Shown here in pieces: positions 54,590 through 63,796 of a DNA stretch of 64,000 nt. Source of the stretch: Candidatus Binatia bacterium (GTDB lineage Bacteria; Desulfobacterota; Binatia; UBA9968; JAJDTQ01); assembly GCA_963666515.2 (NCBI GenBank), contig OY762897.2, positions 736,001-800,000 of the forward strand, written 5' to 3'. Numbering within the stretch: the first letter of the stretch is position 1; the number at the start of each line of letters is the position of its first letter. The notes below the pieces were generated by a model, which was given only the letters and a program-made list of their open reading frames with translations, was not told the origin of the DNA and made no database searches. Position numbers and translations under genes: made by a program.

Positions 54590-54810
54590 CGGACTGGAGC
54601 ACGTGCCCCGCGGTCGAGAGCGTGCCCGGCAAGGTGAGCGGTAACTGGGTGTTCACTGGCACCAGGCTGCCTGTATATGCCCTGTTCGAGAACCTGGAGA
54701 GCGGTGCTACCGTCGAAGAATTCATGGAATGGTTCCAGCCCGTGGACGAATGGAAGGTGCGAGCCGTTCTTCAACACGTGGCCGATTCCCTGAGAATGCC
54801 TTGCCGGTGA
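54586..54810 (+). CDS. DUF433 family antitoxin
   Basis: PGKVSG.WVFTGTRLPV..LFENL..GATVEEF.EWF. Confidence 0.9.
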   Translation: MTDWSTCPAVESVPGKVSGNWVFTGTRLPVYALFENLESGATVEEFMEWFQPVDEWKVRAVLQHVADSLRMPCR

Positions 54811-54816
54811 GCAGCC

Positions 54817-55152
54817 TTGAAGATACTCTTTGATCACGGAACGCCTGCGCCTCTCAGGCGAGACCTCCACGGACACTCGGTCGATACGGCGGCAGAGAGA
54901 GGGTGGGAAAGCCTTGCCAACGGCGACCTTCTGGACAGGGCTGAACAGGAGGGCTACGAGCTGCTGATCACCACCGACCAGGGCATAAGGCATCAGCAGA
55001 ATCTCGCAGGCAGAAGGCTGGCCGTCATCGTTCTGCTCTCCACCGCTTGGCCTTACGCCCAGTCGAGGATCGAAGACATTCGCGCTGCCATCGCAGAGGC
55101 GCGGCCCGGTGAGTTGAGGGAAGTCCCCATTCTGATTCGAGGCGAGAGGTAG
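54817..55152 (+). CDS. PIN-like (DUF5615/VapC45-type) toxin
   Basis: MKILFD, GW....NGDLL..AE, LITTDQGI..QQNL. Confidence 0.88.
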   Translation: MKILFDHGTPAPLRRDLHGHSVDTAAERGWESLANGDLLDRAEQEGYELLITTDQGIRHQQNLAGRRLAVIVLLSTAWPYAQSRIEDIRAAIAEARPGELREVPILIRGER

Positions 55153-55153
55153 C

Positions 55154-58100
55154 GTGACCGCGGACACCAGCGAGAAGGGGTTGGAGCGCCTCATCTGTGA
55201 GGCACTGACAGGCGCGCCCTGCGACGCGCCACGGCTCGATATGGTCGGCGAAAGACCGGCCAGCTACGGCGCCGGCTGGATATGCGGCGACCCCCGGGAC
55301 TACGACCGCGAGTACTTCGTCGACTTGGCCCAGCTCTCTGCCTTTCTCCACGCCACACAGCCCGTCGTCGCCGCATCGCTGGACCTTGGCGAGGACGGCC
55401 CGATTCGGCGCAGGTTCCTGGCCCGTCTGCAAGGGGAGATCGCCAAGCGCGGGACCATCGACGTGCTGCGCAAAGGCGTCAAGCATGGGCCGCATCAGAT
55501 CGACCTGATGTACGGCACGCCGTCGCCGGGGAACGAGAGGGCCGGGGTCCAGTACGGTCACAACCGGTACAGCGTCACCAGGCAGCTCCGGTACAGCAAC
55601 GACAATGCTTCGCTCGCCCTTGACCTGGGCCTGTTCGTGAACGGCCTGCCCGTCGCCACCTTCGAGTTGAAGAACAGCCTGACCAAGCAGACGGTGGAGG
55701 ACGCCGTAGAGCAATACAAGCGGGACCGCAATCCCAGGGAGAAGATCTTCGAGCTTGGCCGCTGTGTCGTACACTTCGCAGTCGACGACCACGAGGTGCG
55801 GTTCTGTACCCACCTGCGGGGCAAGGAGTCCTGGTTCCTGCCCTTCAACAAGGGGTGGAACGACGGCGCGGGCAACCCGCCCAACCCCAACGGCCTCAAG
55901 ACCGACTACCTCTGGAAGCAGGTGCTCACCCGTGACGGGTTGACCGACATCATCGAGAACTACGCCCAGATCGTCGAGACCAGGGACGAGAAGACGGGCC
56001 GCAAGAAGCGAGAGCAGATATGGCCCCGCTACCACCAAGTGGACGTGGTGCGCAGGCTCTTGGCCGACGCATCCGGTAGGGGAGCCGGCTCCAGGTATCT
56101 CATCCAGCACTCCGCAGGCAGCGGCAAGTCCAACTCCATCGCCTGGCTGGCACACCAGCTCATCGGGCTGGAACGGGAGGACGCGGCCGTCTTCGACACG
56201 GTGGTCGTGGTGACGGACCGGAGGGTGCTGGACGGGCAGATTAAGGGCACCATCAGGCAGTTCTCGCAAGTCGGCTCCGTAGTGGGCCACGCCGAGGACT
56301 CAGACCGTCTCCGGCGGTTGCTCCGTGAGGGCAAACGCATCGTCATCACCACCGTCCAGAAATTCCCCTTCATCGTGGACGCCATCGGCAACGAGCACCG
56401 GGGACGCAAGTTCGCCATCATCGTGGACGAGGCGCATTCGAGCCAGGGCGGACGCACGTCGGCGTCTGTGTCCATGGCGCTGGGAGGGGCCGGCGCCGAG
56501 GAAGAGGACGAGACCACCGAGGACAAGATCAACCGCATCATGGAGTCGAAGAAACTGCTGGCCAACGCCAGTTACTTCGCCTTCACCGCCACCCCCAAGA
56601 ACAAGACCTTGGAAATCTTCGGCGCGCCCGTTTCCGGCGGCGACAAGACCCGGCACGTGCCCTTCCACTCCTACACCATGAAGCAGGCCATCCAGGAGGG
56701 GTTCATCATCGACGTGCTGAAGCACTATACGCCGGTGGACAGCTACTACCGGCTGGTGAAGACCGTGGCGGGGGATCCGGTGTTCGACACCAAGCGGGCC
56801 GAGAAGAAGCTGCGCCGGTACGTGGAGAACCACGAACACGCCATCCGCCTGAAGGCGGAGATCATGGTGGACCACTTCCACGAACAGGTGGCGGGCTTGC
56901 GGAAAATAGGCGGGCAGGCACGGGCCATGGTGGTCACCGACAGCGTCCAGCGGGCCATCAGCTATTTCTGCGCCATTCGGGACTACCTGGCGGAGCGCAA
57001 GAGCCCGTACCGCGCCATCGCCGCATTCTCCGGCGAGCACGAGTACGGCGGCGCGAAGGTTACCGAGGCGTCCCTCAACGGCTTCTCGCCGAACCTGATC
57101 GCCGACAGGATTCAGGAAGACCCGTACCGCTTCCTGGTCTGCGCCGACAAGTTCCAGACCGGCTACGACGAGCCGTTGCTGCACACGATGTACGTGGACA
57201 AGGTGCTGTCGGGCGTCAAGGCGGTGCAGACGCTGTCGCGTCTCAACCGGGCGCACCCCAAGAAGCACGACGCCTTCGTGCTGGACTTCAACAACGATGC
57301 CGGCGCCATCCAGGATGCCTTCGCCGACTACTACCGGACCACCCTGTTGGCGGACGAGACCGACCCCAACAGGTTGCACGACCTCAAGGCGACCCTCGAC
57401 GGCTATCAAGTCTACGGACCGGCGCAGGTGGACGAATTCGTGGAGCGGTACCTTTCGGGAGCCGACCGGGACAGACTCGATCCCATCCTGGACGCTTGCG
57501 TTGCGGTCTACCGGGAGAAGTTGAACGAGGACGGCCAGGTTGACTTCAAGGGCAAGGCAAAGGCGTTCCTCCGGCTCTACGGGTTCCTGGGAGCCATCCT
57601 GCCCTACACCAGCGCGGAGTGGGAGAGGCTCTCCATCTTCCTGACTTTCCTGGTCCCCAAGCTGCCCGCCCCTGTCGAGGACGACCTGTCAAAGGGGATT
57701 CTCGAAGCCATCGACATGGACAGCTACCGGGTAGAGAAGCAAGCAGTGCAGGACATCCAGATTCCCGACGAGGACGCGGAGATCGAGCCGGTGGTCGCCG
57801 ACGGCGGTGGTCAGAAGCCGGAACCCGAGATGGACCGGCTCTCCAACATCATCCGGGACTTCAACGACCGGTTCGGCAACGTCGAGTGGAAGGACCAGGA
57901 CAAGATCGAGAAGATAATCTCCGAAGAGTTGCCCGCGATGGTAGCCGGGGACAGAGCCTATCAGAACGCCATGGCCAACTCGGACAGGCAGAACGCGAGG
58001 ATCGAGCACGACAAGGCCCTGGAGCGGGCCATGACCGATCTCCTTGCAGACCATACTGAACTGTTCAAGCAGTTCAGCGACAACGAGTCCTTCCGCCGTT

Positions 58101-58189
58101 GGCTCTCGGAGGCGGTCTTCGCCGCCACCTACCAAGGGTCGGCCACGGTCGCCGATGCCCTGATGCGCAGACAGCCGTCGCCAGAATGA
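55154..58189 (+). CDS. hsdR: Type I R-M restriction subunit
   Basis: NGLPVATFELKN...QY nuclease motif, QHSAGSGKS, DEAHSSQ, AFTATP, KFQTGYD, QTLSRLNR. Confidence 0.96.
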   Translation: MTADTSEKGLERLICEALTGAPCDAPRLDMVGERPASYGAGWICGDPRDYDREYFVDLAQLSAFLHATQPVVAASLDLGEDGPIRRRFLARLQGEIAKRGTIDVLRKGVKHGPHQIDLMYGTPSPGNERAGVQYGHNRYSVTRQLRYSNDNASLALDLGLFVNGLPVATFELKNSLTKQTVEDAVEQYKRDRNPREKIFELGRCVVHFAVDDHEVRFCTHLRGKESWFLPFNKGWNDGAGNPPNPNGLKTDYLWKQVLTRDGLTDIIENYAQIVETRDEKTGRKKREQIWPRYHQVDVVRRLLADASGRGAGSRYLIQHSAGSGKSNSIAWLAHQLIGLEREDAAVFDTVVVVTDRRVLDGQIKGTIRQFSQVGSVVGHAEDSDRLRRLLREGKRIVITTVQKFPFIVDAIGNEHRGRKFAIIVDEAHSSQGGRTSASVSMALGGAGAEEEDETTEDKINRIMESKKLLANASYFAFTATPKNKTLEIFGAPVSGGDKTRHVPFHSYTMKQAIQEGFIIDVLKHYTPVDSYYRLVKTVAGDPVFDTKRAEKKLRRYVENHEHAIRLKAEIMVDHFHEQVAGLRKIGGQARAMVVTDSVQRAISYFCAIRDYLAERKSPYRAIAAFSGEHEYGGAKVTEASLNGFSPNLIADRIQEDPYRFLVCADKFQTGYDEPLLHTMYVDKVLSGVKAVQTLSRLNRAHPKKHDAFVLDFNNDAGAIQDAFADYYRTTLLADETDPNRLHDLKATLDGYQVYGPAQVDEFVERYLSGADRDRLDPILDACVAVYREKLNEDGQVDFKGKAKAFLRLYGFLGAILPYTSAEWERLSIFLTFLVPKLPAPVEDDLSKGILEAIDMDSYRVEKQAVQDIQIPDEDAEIEPVVADGGGQKPEPEMDRLSNIIRDFNDRFGNVEWKDQDKIEKIISEELPAMVAGDRAYQNAMANSDRQNARIEHDKALERAMTDLLADHTELFKQFSDNESFRRWLSEAVFAATYQGSATVADALMRRQPSPE

Positions 58190-58268
58190 CGGCAGGTCCC
58201 GGTCCTGAAGGGAGAAATGAGCGGGAGCATCGCGGTTCCAAGGGGTAGCGAAACAGGAGGCACCGTCC

Positions 58269-59303
58269 ATGGCCGAGAACTTCGAAGCAGGCATCGAGAA
58301 CTGCGTCGCGACGTGCGCCAGGGTCGAGCGCGGCCAGAGCGTCTACATCGTCACCCAGGAGGAGGCCGCCGATCCGGCGGTGGTGGAGGCGTTGACCGAG
58401 TCGGCGCGGGACCGGGGCGGCGACGTTCACGTGGTGAACGGCCCGGTCATCCCCAAGGACAGGCCCGAGGACATTCCCGCGGCCGTGCTGGACGCCTACG
58501 GACGCGCGGACGTGCTGTTTGCGCACTACCCGTCGCTCAAGCGCGAGGAGTTGCACCACCATTTCCCGGGAGAGGCGCGGGTGCGGGTGCCCAACCGCGC
58601 GCGTACCGTCGCCCTCATGTCTTCGGACTGGGCCGCGTTTCCCTACTCGGTGCAACGGGCTCTGGCCGACACCCTCGATGCGCTGTCGGCGCCGGGCAAG
58701 TCATGGCGCATCACCAGCCCTGGTGGCACGGACGTAAAGGGAACTTTCGGCGCCAGCGAGAGCACGGTGGCACAGGCCTATTTCGTCGAGGACGAAGGCG
58801 GCCGCGCCCGCCGCAACTTTCCCGGCGGCGTGCACAGCCCGGTGGTGGCCGTGGCCACCGAAGGCGTTATCGTGGCCGACCACATCGCCAAGTTCGGCGG
58901 CATGCCGGAATCCGTGCGGCTGGAGTTGAAGGACGGGCGCGTGGTCTCGCTGGAGGGCGGCGACCCGTCGATGCACGAGTCGTTGAACGCCACGGACGGC
59001 TTCATCGACTCGTGGCACGCCGGCGTCAATCCCAAGACCATCGTGCCCATGGCCCGGGCCGACAACCCCGTGGAATGGTACAGCTACTCCCATTGCAGCC
59101 CGACCATCGTGCACTTCCACGTGGGCCGCTCCCACGATCCCGTGGACGTCGCCTGCTTCGACCAGACCATTGAGATCGACGGCCGCACCGTCTACGACCA
59201 GGGCACGCTCTCCATATGGGACGAGCCCGAGGTTCACGGTGCGGTGAACGCGTCCGGGATGACCGACTCGATGATGGTGAACACGCCGATGACACTGGGC
59301 TGA
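58269..59303 (+). CDS. Hypothetical protein, distant M29 aminopeptidase/NicX-like fold
   Basis: AGGAGG RBS; RITSPGGTD, N.PGG, EGVIV.D, L.LKDGRVVS.EG, C-terminal TIEIDG..VYDQG. Confidence 0.6.
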   Translation: MAENFEAGIENCVATCARVERGQSVYIVTQEEAADPAVVEALTESARDRGGDVHVVNGPVIPKDRPEDIPAAVLDAYGRADVLFAHYPSLKREELHHHFPGEARVRVPNRARTVALMSSDWAAFPYSVQRALADTLDALSAPGKSWRITSPGGTDVKGTFGASESTVAQAYFVEDEGGRARRNFPGGVHSPVVAVATEGVIVADHIAKFGGMPESVRLELKDGRVVSLEGGDPSMHESLNATDGFIDSWHAGVNPKTIVPMARADNPVEWYSYSHCSPTIVHFHVGRSHDPVDVACFDQTIEIDGRTVYDQGTLSIWDEPEVHGAVNASGMTDSMMVNTPMTLG

Positions 59304-59321
59304 CGGCCGCGGCCGCCGCTA

Positions 59322-59417
59322 CCGTCATTCCGGCGAAAGCGGCTGTGTCGAAACTCCGTCCTGGGTGCGAAGGGCGACGACACTCGAATCGTCATTCCGG
59401 CGAAAGCCGGAATCCAG
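59322..59417. repeat. Two partial copies of the GTCATTCCGGCGAAAGCCGGAATCCAG repeat arm
   Basis: Truncated copy 59322-59340, full arm 59390-59417, identical to the arm at 30851. Confidence 0.85.
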
Positions 59418-59446
59418 GGGTGGGGAGTGGCCAGGCGGCTCCGCGG

Positions 59447-60568
59447 TCACCCCTCTCCCAGGTAGAGCCTCCTGGCGTTGTCCCGGGTGATCTTCCGCAC
59501 CACCGCCTCGTCCATGCCGGCCATGTCCTGCTCGACGGTCTGGTGCGAAAGCGGCCAGACCGAGTCGCCGTGCGGATAGTCCGAGGCCCACAACACGGTG
59601 TCCGCGCCCAGCACGTCCAGGAGCTTCAGCCCCACCGGGTCCTCCTGGAACGTCGCGTACATCTGCCGCTGGTAGTATTCGGACGGCTTCATCTTGAGCG
59701 CGCCGGCCCCGGTCGGGCGCATGCGCGGGCGGATCTCGTACTCCTGGTCCATCTTCTGGAGAATGTAGGGGATCCAGCCGAGAGAGCTTTCTCCGAGCAC
59801 CGCCCTGAACTTCGGGTGGCGTTCAAGGACACCGGAAAGCACCAGCGACGCCAGCACCTCGTCGAGCTGGGCCGCCACCACCGTGATCCGGATCAGGTCG
59901 ACGCCGCGTCCCGGTGGGACGTCGGTCCTGCCGACGCTCCAGAAGCCGGCGCCCTGGTGGAACGAGATCGGGAGGCCGGTGTCCTCGGCTGCGCTCCACA
60001 ACGGTTCCCACGCTTCGTCCCAGACGCGCCGGGCGGCGTCGAACGCCTGGAACTGCACCCCCTTGAGGCCCAGCCGCGCGCAGTGGAGCAGTTCCTCCAC
60101 GGCCGTCTCAACCCCGTGGACCGGGAGGAAGCCGAGCCCGATCAGGCGCTCGGGTGAAGCGCTGCAGAACTCGGCGATCCACTCGTTGTACGCCCGCAGG
60201 CTCACGGTGTTCAGCTCGGGCTCCTCCAACTGAAACCCCGAGATGAGCCCGCCGTACATCACCTGACAGTCGACCCCGTCCCGGTCCATGTCCTCAAGGC
60301 GCAGTTCCGGCGTGGTCGGCCGCCACCGGCCCGGCTCCTGTGTGACCGGCGTCGTGGATTTTCCGAACCGGATGCTCGTGTAGTTGTCGTAGCGGTAACG
60401 GGCGCCGAAGAGCTCGCCGTCCGCCTCCCAGTGCCACTCCTCCGCGTTCTCCACGAGCCGCGGCACCCGGTCACGGAACTTCCGCGGCACCCGCGCGGTC
60501 CAGAGGTCTCCCGGAAGGTACGGCAGGTCCACGTGGTCGTCGGCGGAAAACATCTTCCAGTCGGGCAT
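59447..60568 (-). CDS. Amidohydrolase_2 family protein
   Basis: SADDH, RLEDMDRDGVD, AYNEW..EFC, PISFH, LWASDYPH, NARRLY. Confidence 0.93.
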   Translation of the reverse strand: MPDWKMFSADDHVDLPYLPGDLWTARVPRKFRDRVPRLVENAEEWHWEADGELFGARYRYDNYTSIRFGKSTTPVTQEPGRWRPTTPELRLEDMDRDGVDCQVMYGGLISGFQLEEPELNTVSLRAYNEWIAEFCSASPERLIGLGFLPVHGVETAVEELLHCARLGLKGVQFQAFDAARRVWDEAWEPLWSAAEDTGLPISFHQGAGFWSVGRTDVPPGRGVDLIRITVVAAQLDEVLASLVLSGVLERHPKFRAVLGESSLGWIPYILQKMDQEYEIRPRMRPTGAGALKMKPSEYYQRQMYATFQEDPVGLKLLDVLGADTVLWASDYPHGDSVWPLSHQTVEQDMAGMDEAVVRKITRDNARRLYLGEG

Positions 60569-60758
60569 GGTCGCCTCCGTTCATTCCAAGCACCCCTCCG
60601 TGTCGGATGGCGCTTCGCAATTTCGGCCTACGGTGTTCCGAGACTCCCTGTCAACCGATGGAGACCGCATTGCCCCGACGGTGGCCGGGTGGTAGCTTCT
60701 TCAACCGGACAGGACTCCGGCGGAGCGAACCGCCAAGCCGCGTACAACCAAGGGGGGC

Positions 60759-61645
60759 ATGATGGTCATCGACATACACCGGCATTTCTGGCGCGGGGTT
60801 CAGCGTTACTACGACGCGGATGCATCCCCGGAAGCTCCGGCACCCGCCAAGCCCGACTGGGAGGAGACCACGCGGGAGCTGGTGGAGGAGATGGACGCAT
60901 CGGGCGTGGATGCGTCCGTCATGCTGATAGCCGACTACGGCGACCGCCTCGGCACGCCGCATTTCCCCATCGACCAGGAGAACTGGATCCTGGCCCAGGC
61001 CCAGGAGCGGCACCCGGAGCAAATCATCGCCTTCTACGGCATCGACCCGCGCCGCCCGGGAGCGCCCGAGAAGTTCGAGCGGGCCATCGGGGAGTGGGAC
61101 ATGCACGGTATCAAGCTCCACGCCACCGCCGGCTACTTCCCCCACGACCGGGTCTGCTACCCGATCTACGAGATCTGCATCAAGCACGACGTGCCCGTGC
61201 TGCACCACTCCGGCGAGCGCTTCCACCCGCTGCTGTACAGCCGTTTCACCCATCCCCTGGAGTTCGATCAGGTAGCCGTCGACTTCCCGCGCCTCAAGTT
61301 GATCCTGGGCCACGCCGGCGGCCTGTGGTGGGAGGACTGCGCCACCATCGCGCGCGTCCACGAGAACGTGGTGGTGGATCTGGCCGAGTGGCAGACGAAA
61401 CTGCGTGACAAGCCCGCCGAGGCCCTCGCCGCCCTGGACCACATGCGCAATTTCCTGGGCGCCGAACGCATCCTCTGGGGCACCGACTTCCCGCACATGC
61501 GCCAGCAGATGTCCCTCAAGAACACCGTGGACATCTACCGCCGGCTCCCGCCCTGGCCCAGGAGCACGGCTACAAGTTCACCGACGGCGAGGTCGAGGCC
61601 ATGCTGGGAGGGAACGCGGCGAGGGTCCTGCGCCGGGGTGCGTGA
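60759..61645 (+). pseudogene. Amidohydrolase_2 family protein with a 1-bp frameshift near the 3' end
   Basis: IDIHRH, GIKLH, ILGHAG, LWGTDFP; canonical end EAMLGGNAARVL lies in another frame after ~61551. Confidence 0.8.
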
Positions 61646-61676
61646 AGGAGCACGTTCAAAATAGGCCCTTGTCCTT

Positions 61677-61728
61677 TTCACTATTTTTAGTATATTCAGC
61701 GTATGCTGAAAGCCACTAAAATAGTGAA
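61677..61728. promoter_or_regulatory. Nested inverted repeat over the abiEi start (putative autoregulatory operator)
   Basis: TTCACTATTTTTAGT...TTCAGC-GTAT-GCTGAA...ACTAAAATAGTGAA. Confidence 0.6.
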
Positions 61729-62812
61729 CAAGCTGGAGATCCAAGCCGTGGATGCGGTTCAGGATTTGCTCGGCGAGGTGCCGAGCGTGGAGATCGAATC
61801 GGTCGAGTATGAACGAAAGGTCGGCAACGCCTACGGTGTCGATGGGCTGATCGGTTTGAGCTACCCGGGTGGAACCTGCTCGCTCGTCCTCGAAGTGAAG
61901 TCTAACGGAGCCCCCCGCTTTGTCCGTTCCGGGGTCTTTCAGCTTGAGAGCTGTGTGTCGCAGTTGCGCCGATCCGGTGAAGCCAATGGCGGACGGCGAC
62001 TCATCCCCATGCTTGTCAGCCCTTACCTGTCTCCGGAGTCGCGAGCCATCTGCACCGACCACGATGTCGCCTACCTCGATCTGGTCGGGAATGCGCGGCT
62101 CGCGTTCGATACCGTGTACATCGAGCGCACCGTTGCGGACAGGCCCCGCTCCGAGGCCCGTGCGCTCCGTTCCATCTTTACCCCCAAGGCGGCAGCCATC
62201 CTGCGCGTCCTGCTAAGCAAGCCGGATCGGGCATGGCGCGTTGCCGATCTGGCCACACGGGCCAAAGCGAGCTACGGCCATGTAAGCAATGTCCGCAAGG
62301 CCCTGCTGGAACGGGAATGGATCGAAGTGCGGGATGACGGCGCCGTTCTCGTCCAGCCGCACACGCTGCTGCGGACGTGGCGCGAGAACTATCGTCGCCC
62401 GCCCGGCCAGTCCATCACCGGATACACCCATCTCCATGGAACGCAGCTTGACGAGCGGCTGCGGGGGAAGCTCAACCCGTTCCCTGGGCGCCCTCGCGCG
62501 ATCTACTCGTTGCACTCTGCTACGCAGTGGCTTGCGCCCTTCAGCCGAAGCGGCACCCAAACGTTCTATGCCGACGAACCCGGCGCCGAGGTGCTGAAAC
62601 AGGAGTTGAAACTGACGCGCGCCGCACGGGGAGCGAACGTCGTCCTGCATGTCCCGACGGATGAGAGCCTGTTCGACGACGCGAGCGAACCGGCGCCGAA
62701 CGTATTCTGCACCAGTCCAATCGTGACCTATCTCGATCTCTGGAACGGCAGTGACCGCGAGCGGGAGGCTGCGGAACACTTGGCGGGAGAGTTCTTCCCA
62801 TGGCTGCAGTAG
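61703..62812 (+). CDS. Type IV TA AbiEi-family antitoxin / transcriptional regulator
   Basis: LEVK, PYLS, YLDLVGN, central wHTH (LA..AKASYGHVS), GANV, SPIVTYLDL, REREAAEHL. Confidence 0.82.
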   Translation: MLKATKIVNKLEIQAVDAVQDLLGEVPSVEIESVEYERKVGNAYGVDGLIGLSYPGGTCSLVLEVKSNGAPRFVRSGVFQLESCVSQLRRSGEANGGRRLIPMLVSPYLSPESRAICTDHDVAYLDLVGNARLAFDTVYIERTVADRPRSEARALRSIFTPKAAAILRVLLSKPDRAWRVADLATRAKASYGHVSNVRKALLEREWIEVRDDGAVLVQPHTLLRTWRENYRRPPGQSITGYTHLHGTQLDERLRGKLNPFPGRPRAIYSLHSATQWLAPFSRSGTQTFYADEPGAEVLKQELKLTRAARGANVVLHVPTDESLFDDASEPAPNVFCTSPIVTYLDLWNGSDREREAAEHLAGEFFPWLQ

Positions 62813-62970
62813 AGCCGCGATACGCCTCCGACTACGACGACCGCACCACCGTCGCCGTCAGGTCCGTGCTGGTCGAGATCCGTCAAGTCCTCGGAAGCTA
62901 CAAGGGCAAGTTCGCCGTGATCGATAAATGGCAGCAGGACGCTTGGCTCTCTGCACTGGGTTTGAGGTGA
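62800..62970 (+). pseudogene. Internally deleted AbiEii-like nucleotidyltransferase toxin (56 aa)
   Basis: MAAVEPRYASDYDDRTTVAVRSVLVEIRQVLGSYKGKFAVI-DKWQQDAWLSALGLR*; overlaps antitoxin stop. Confidence 0.65.
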
Positions 62971-62986
62971 TTCGTAACCGTGGCGC

Positions 62987-63796
62987 TCAGCGCAACTCCG
63001 GGTAGCCGTGGGCGGCGGCGAGGCGTTGGAACTCGATAATCCGGTCGTACGCGGAAGACGGCAGGATCTCCACGCCGCCGATGAACACGGCGTTGCCGGC
63101 GGCGCGGACATCGGGCTTCTCGAAGGCTTCCAGGAGCGCGTCCTGCAACTGCCGTATTCGATCCGGATCGCTCCCGGCCCGCGTCACGAAGGGGATTCCG
63201 GGCGCGCGCTCCGTGTAGCAGAGCCGGCGGGTCCTGTTGAGCAGGGAAGGGCGGTAGCGCTCGATACAGGCATACGTGACGCAGTCGATGGCGGCGATGT
63301 CGGCCTCGCGCCGTGCGACTATGGCGACGCTCGCGGGGTGGGAGCCGCTGATGACGATCCGCGAGAAGAAGCGGCCCCGCCGGCTCAGCGGGGCGACCAT
63401 CGCCCGCAACGCATTCGCCCCCGAGTGAGACTCGGGGCCGTTGACCACGCACACGGCATTGCGCAAGTCCGAGAGCTCCGTGGCGGGTGAATCCTCGGCC
63501 ACGAGGACGACGCTGGAGTAGAGGCAACCGTCGCAGCCGGGCGCGCGGTAGAGCGGAGTGGCCACCAGGGTAAGCGTTTCGGAATAGCGGCCCACGAGGT
63601 CGGCCCCGCAGCATTGGCTGAGCAGCAGCCCTGGGTCGGTCCAGAGATCGTGGACGCTACGGGATAGATCGAGAGCCGCCGGAACCCCATCCACTCCCGC
63701 CTTCTCCAGCTTTTGCGCGATACCTTTCCAGAGGATCTCGTGGGCGCCGCGCACCTCCTCGAAGTCGTACATTGGGAAACTTGCGGTGAGTGTCAT
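62987..63796 (-). CDS. PhnD/SsuA/transferrin-family substrate-binding protein (no signal peptide)
   Basis: ASFPMYD, LLLSQCCG, YSSVVLV, SHSG.NAL, SGSH..S, ADIAAIDCVT. Confidence 0.88.
   Translation of the reverse strand: MTLTASFPMYDFEEVRGAHEILWKGIAQKLEKAGVDGVPAALDLSRSVHDLWTDPGLLLSQCCGADLVGRYSETLTLVATPLYRAPGCDGCLYSSVVLVAEDSPATELSDLRNAVCVVNGPESHSGANALRAMVAPLSRRGRFFSRIVISGSHPASVAIVARREADIAAIDCVTYACIERYRPSLLNRTRRLCYTERAPGIPFVTRAGSDPDRIRQLQDALLEAFEKPDVRAAGNAVFIGGVEILPSSAYDRIIEFQRLAAAHGYPELR

Noticed and set aside
58190-58215. Possible attR copy of the tRNA (AGGTCCCGGT vs AGGTCCCTGGT)
   Set aside because: Too short and imperfect; no tRNA 3'-end duplication or integrase seen, so island boundaries cannot be called.
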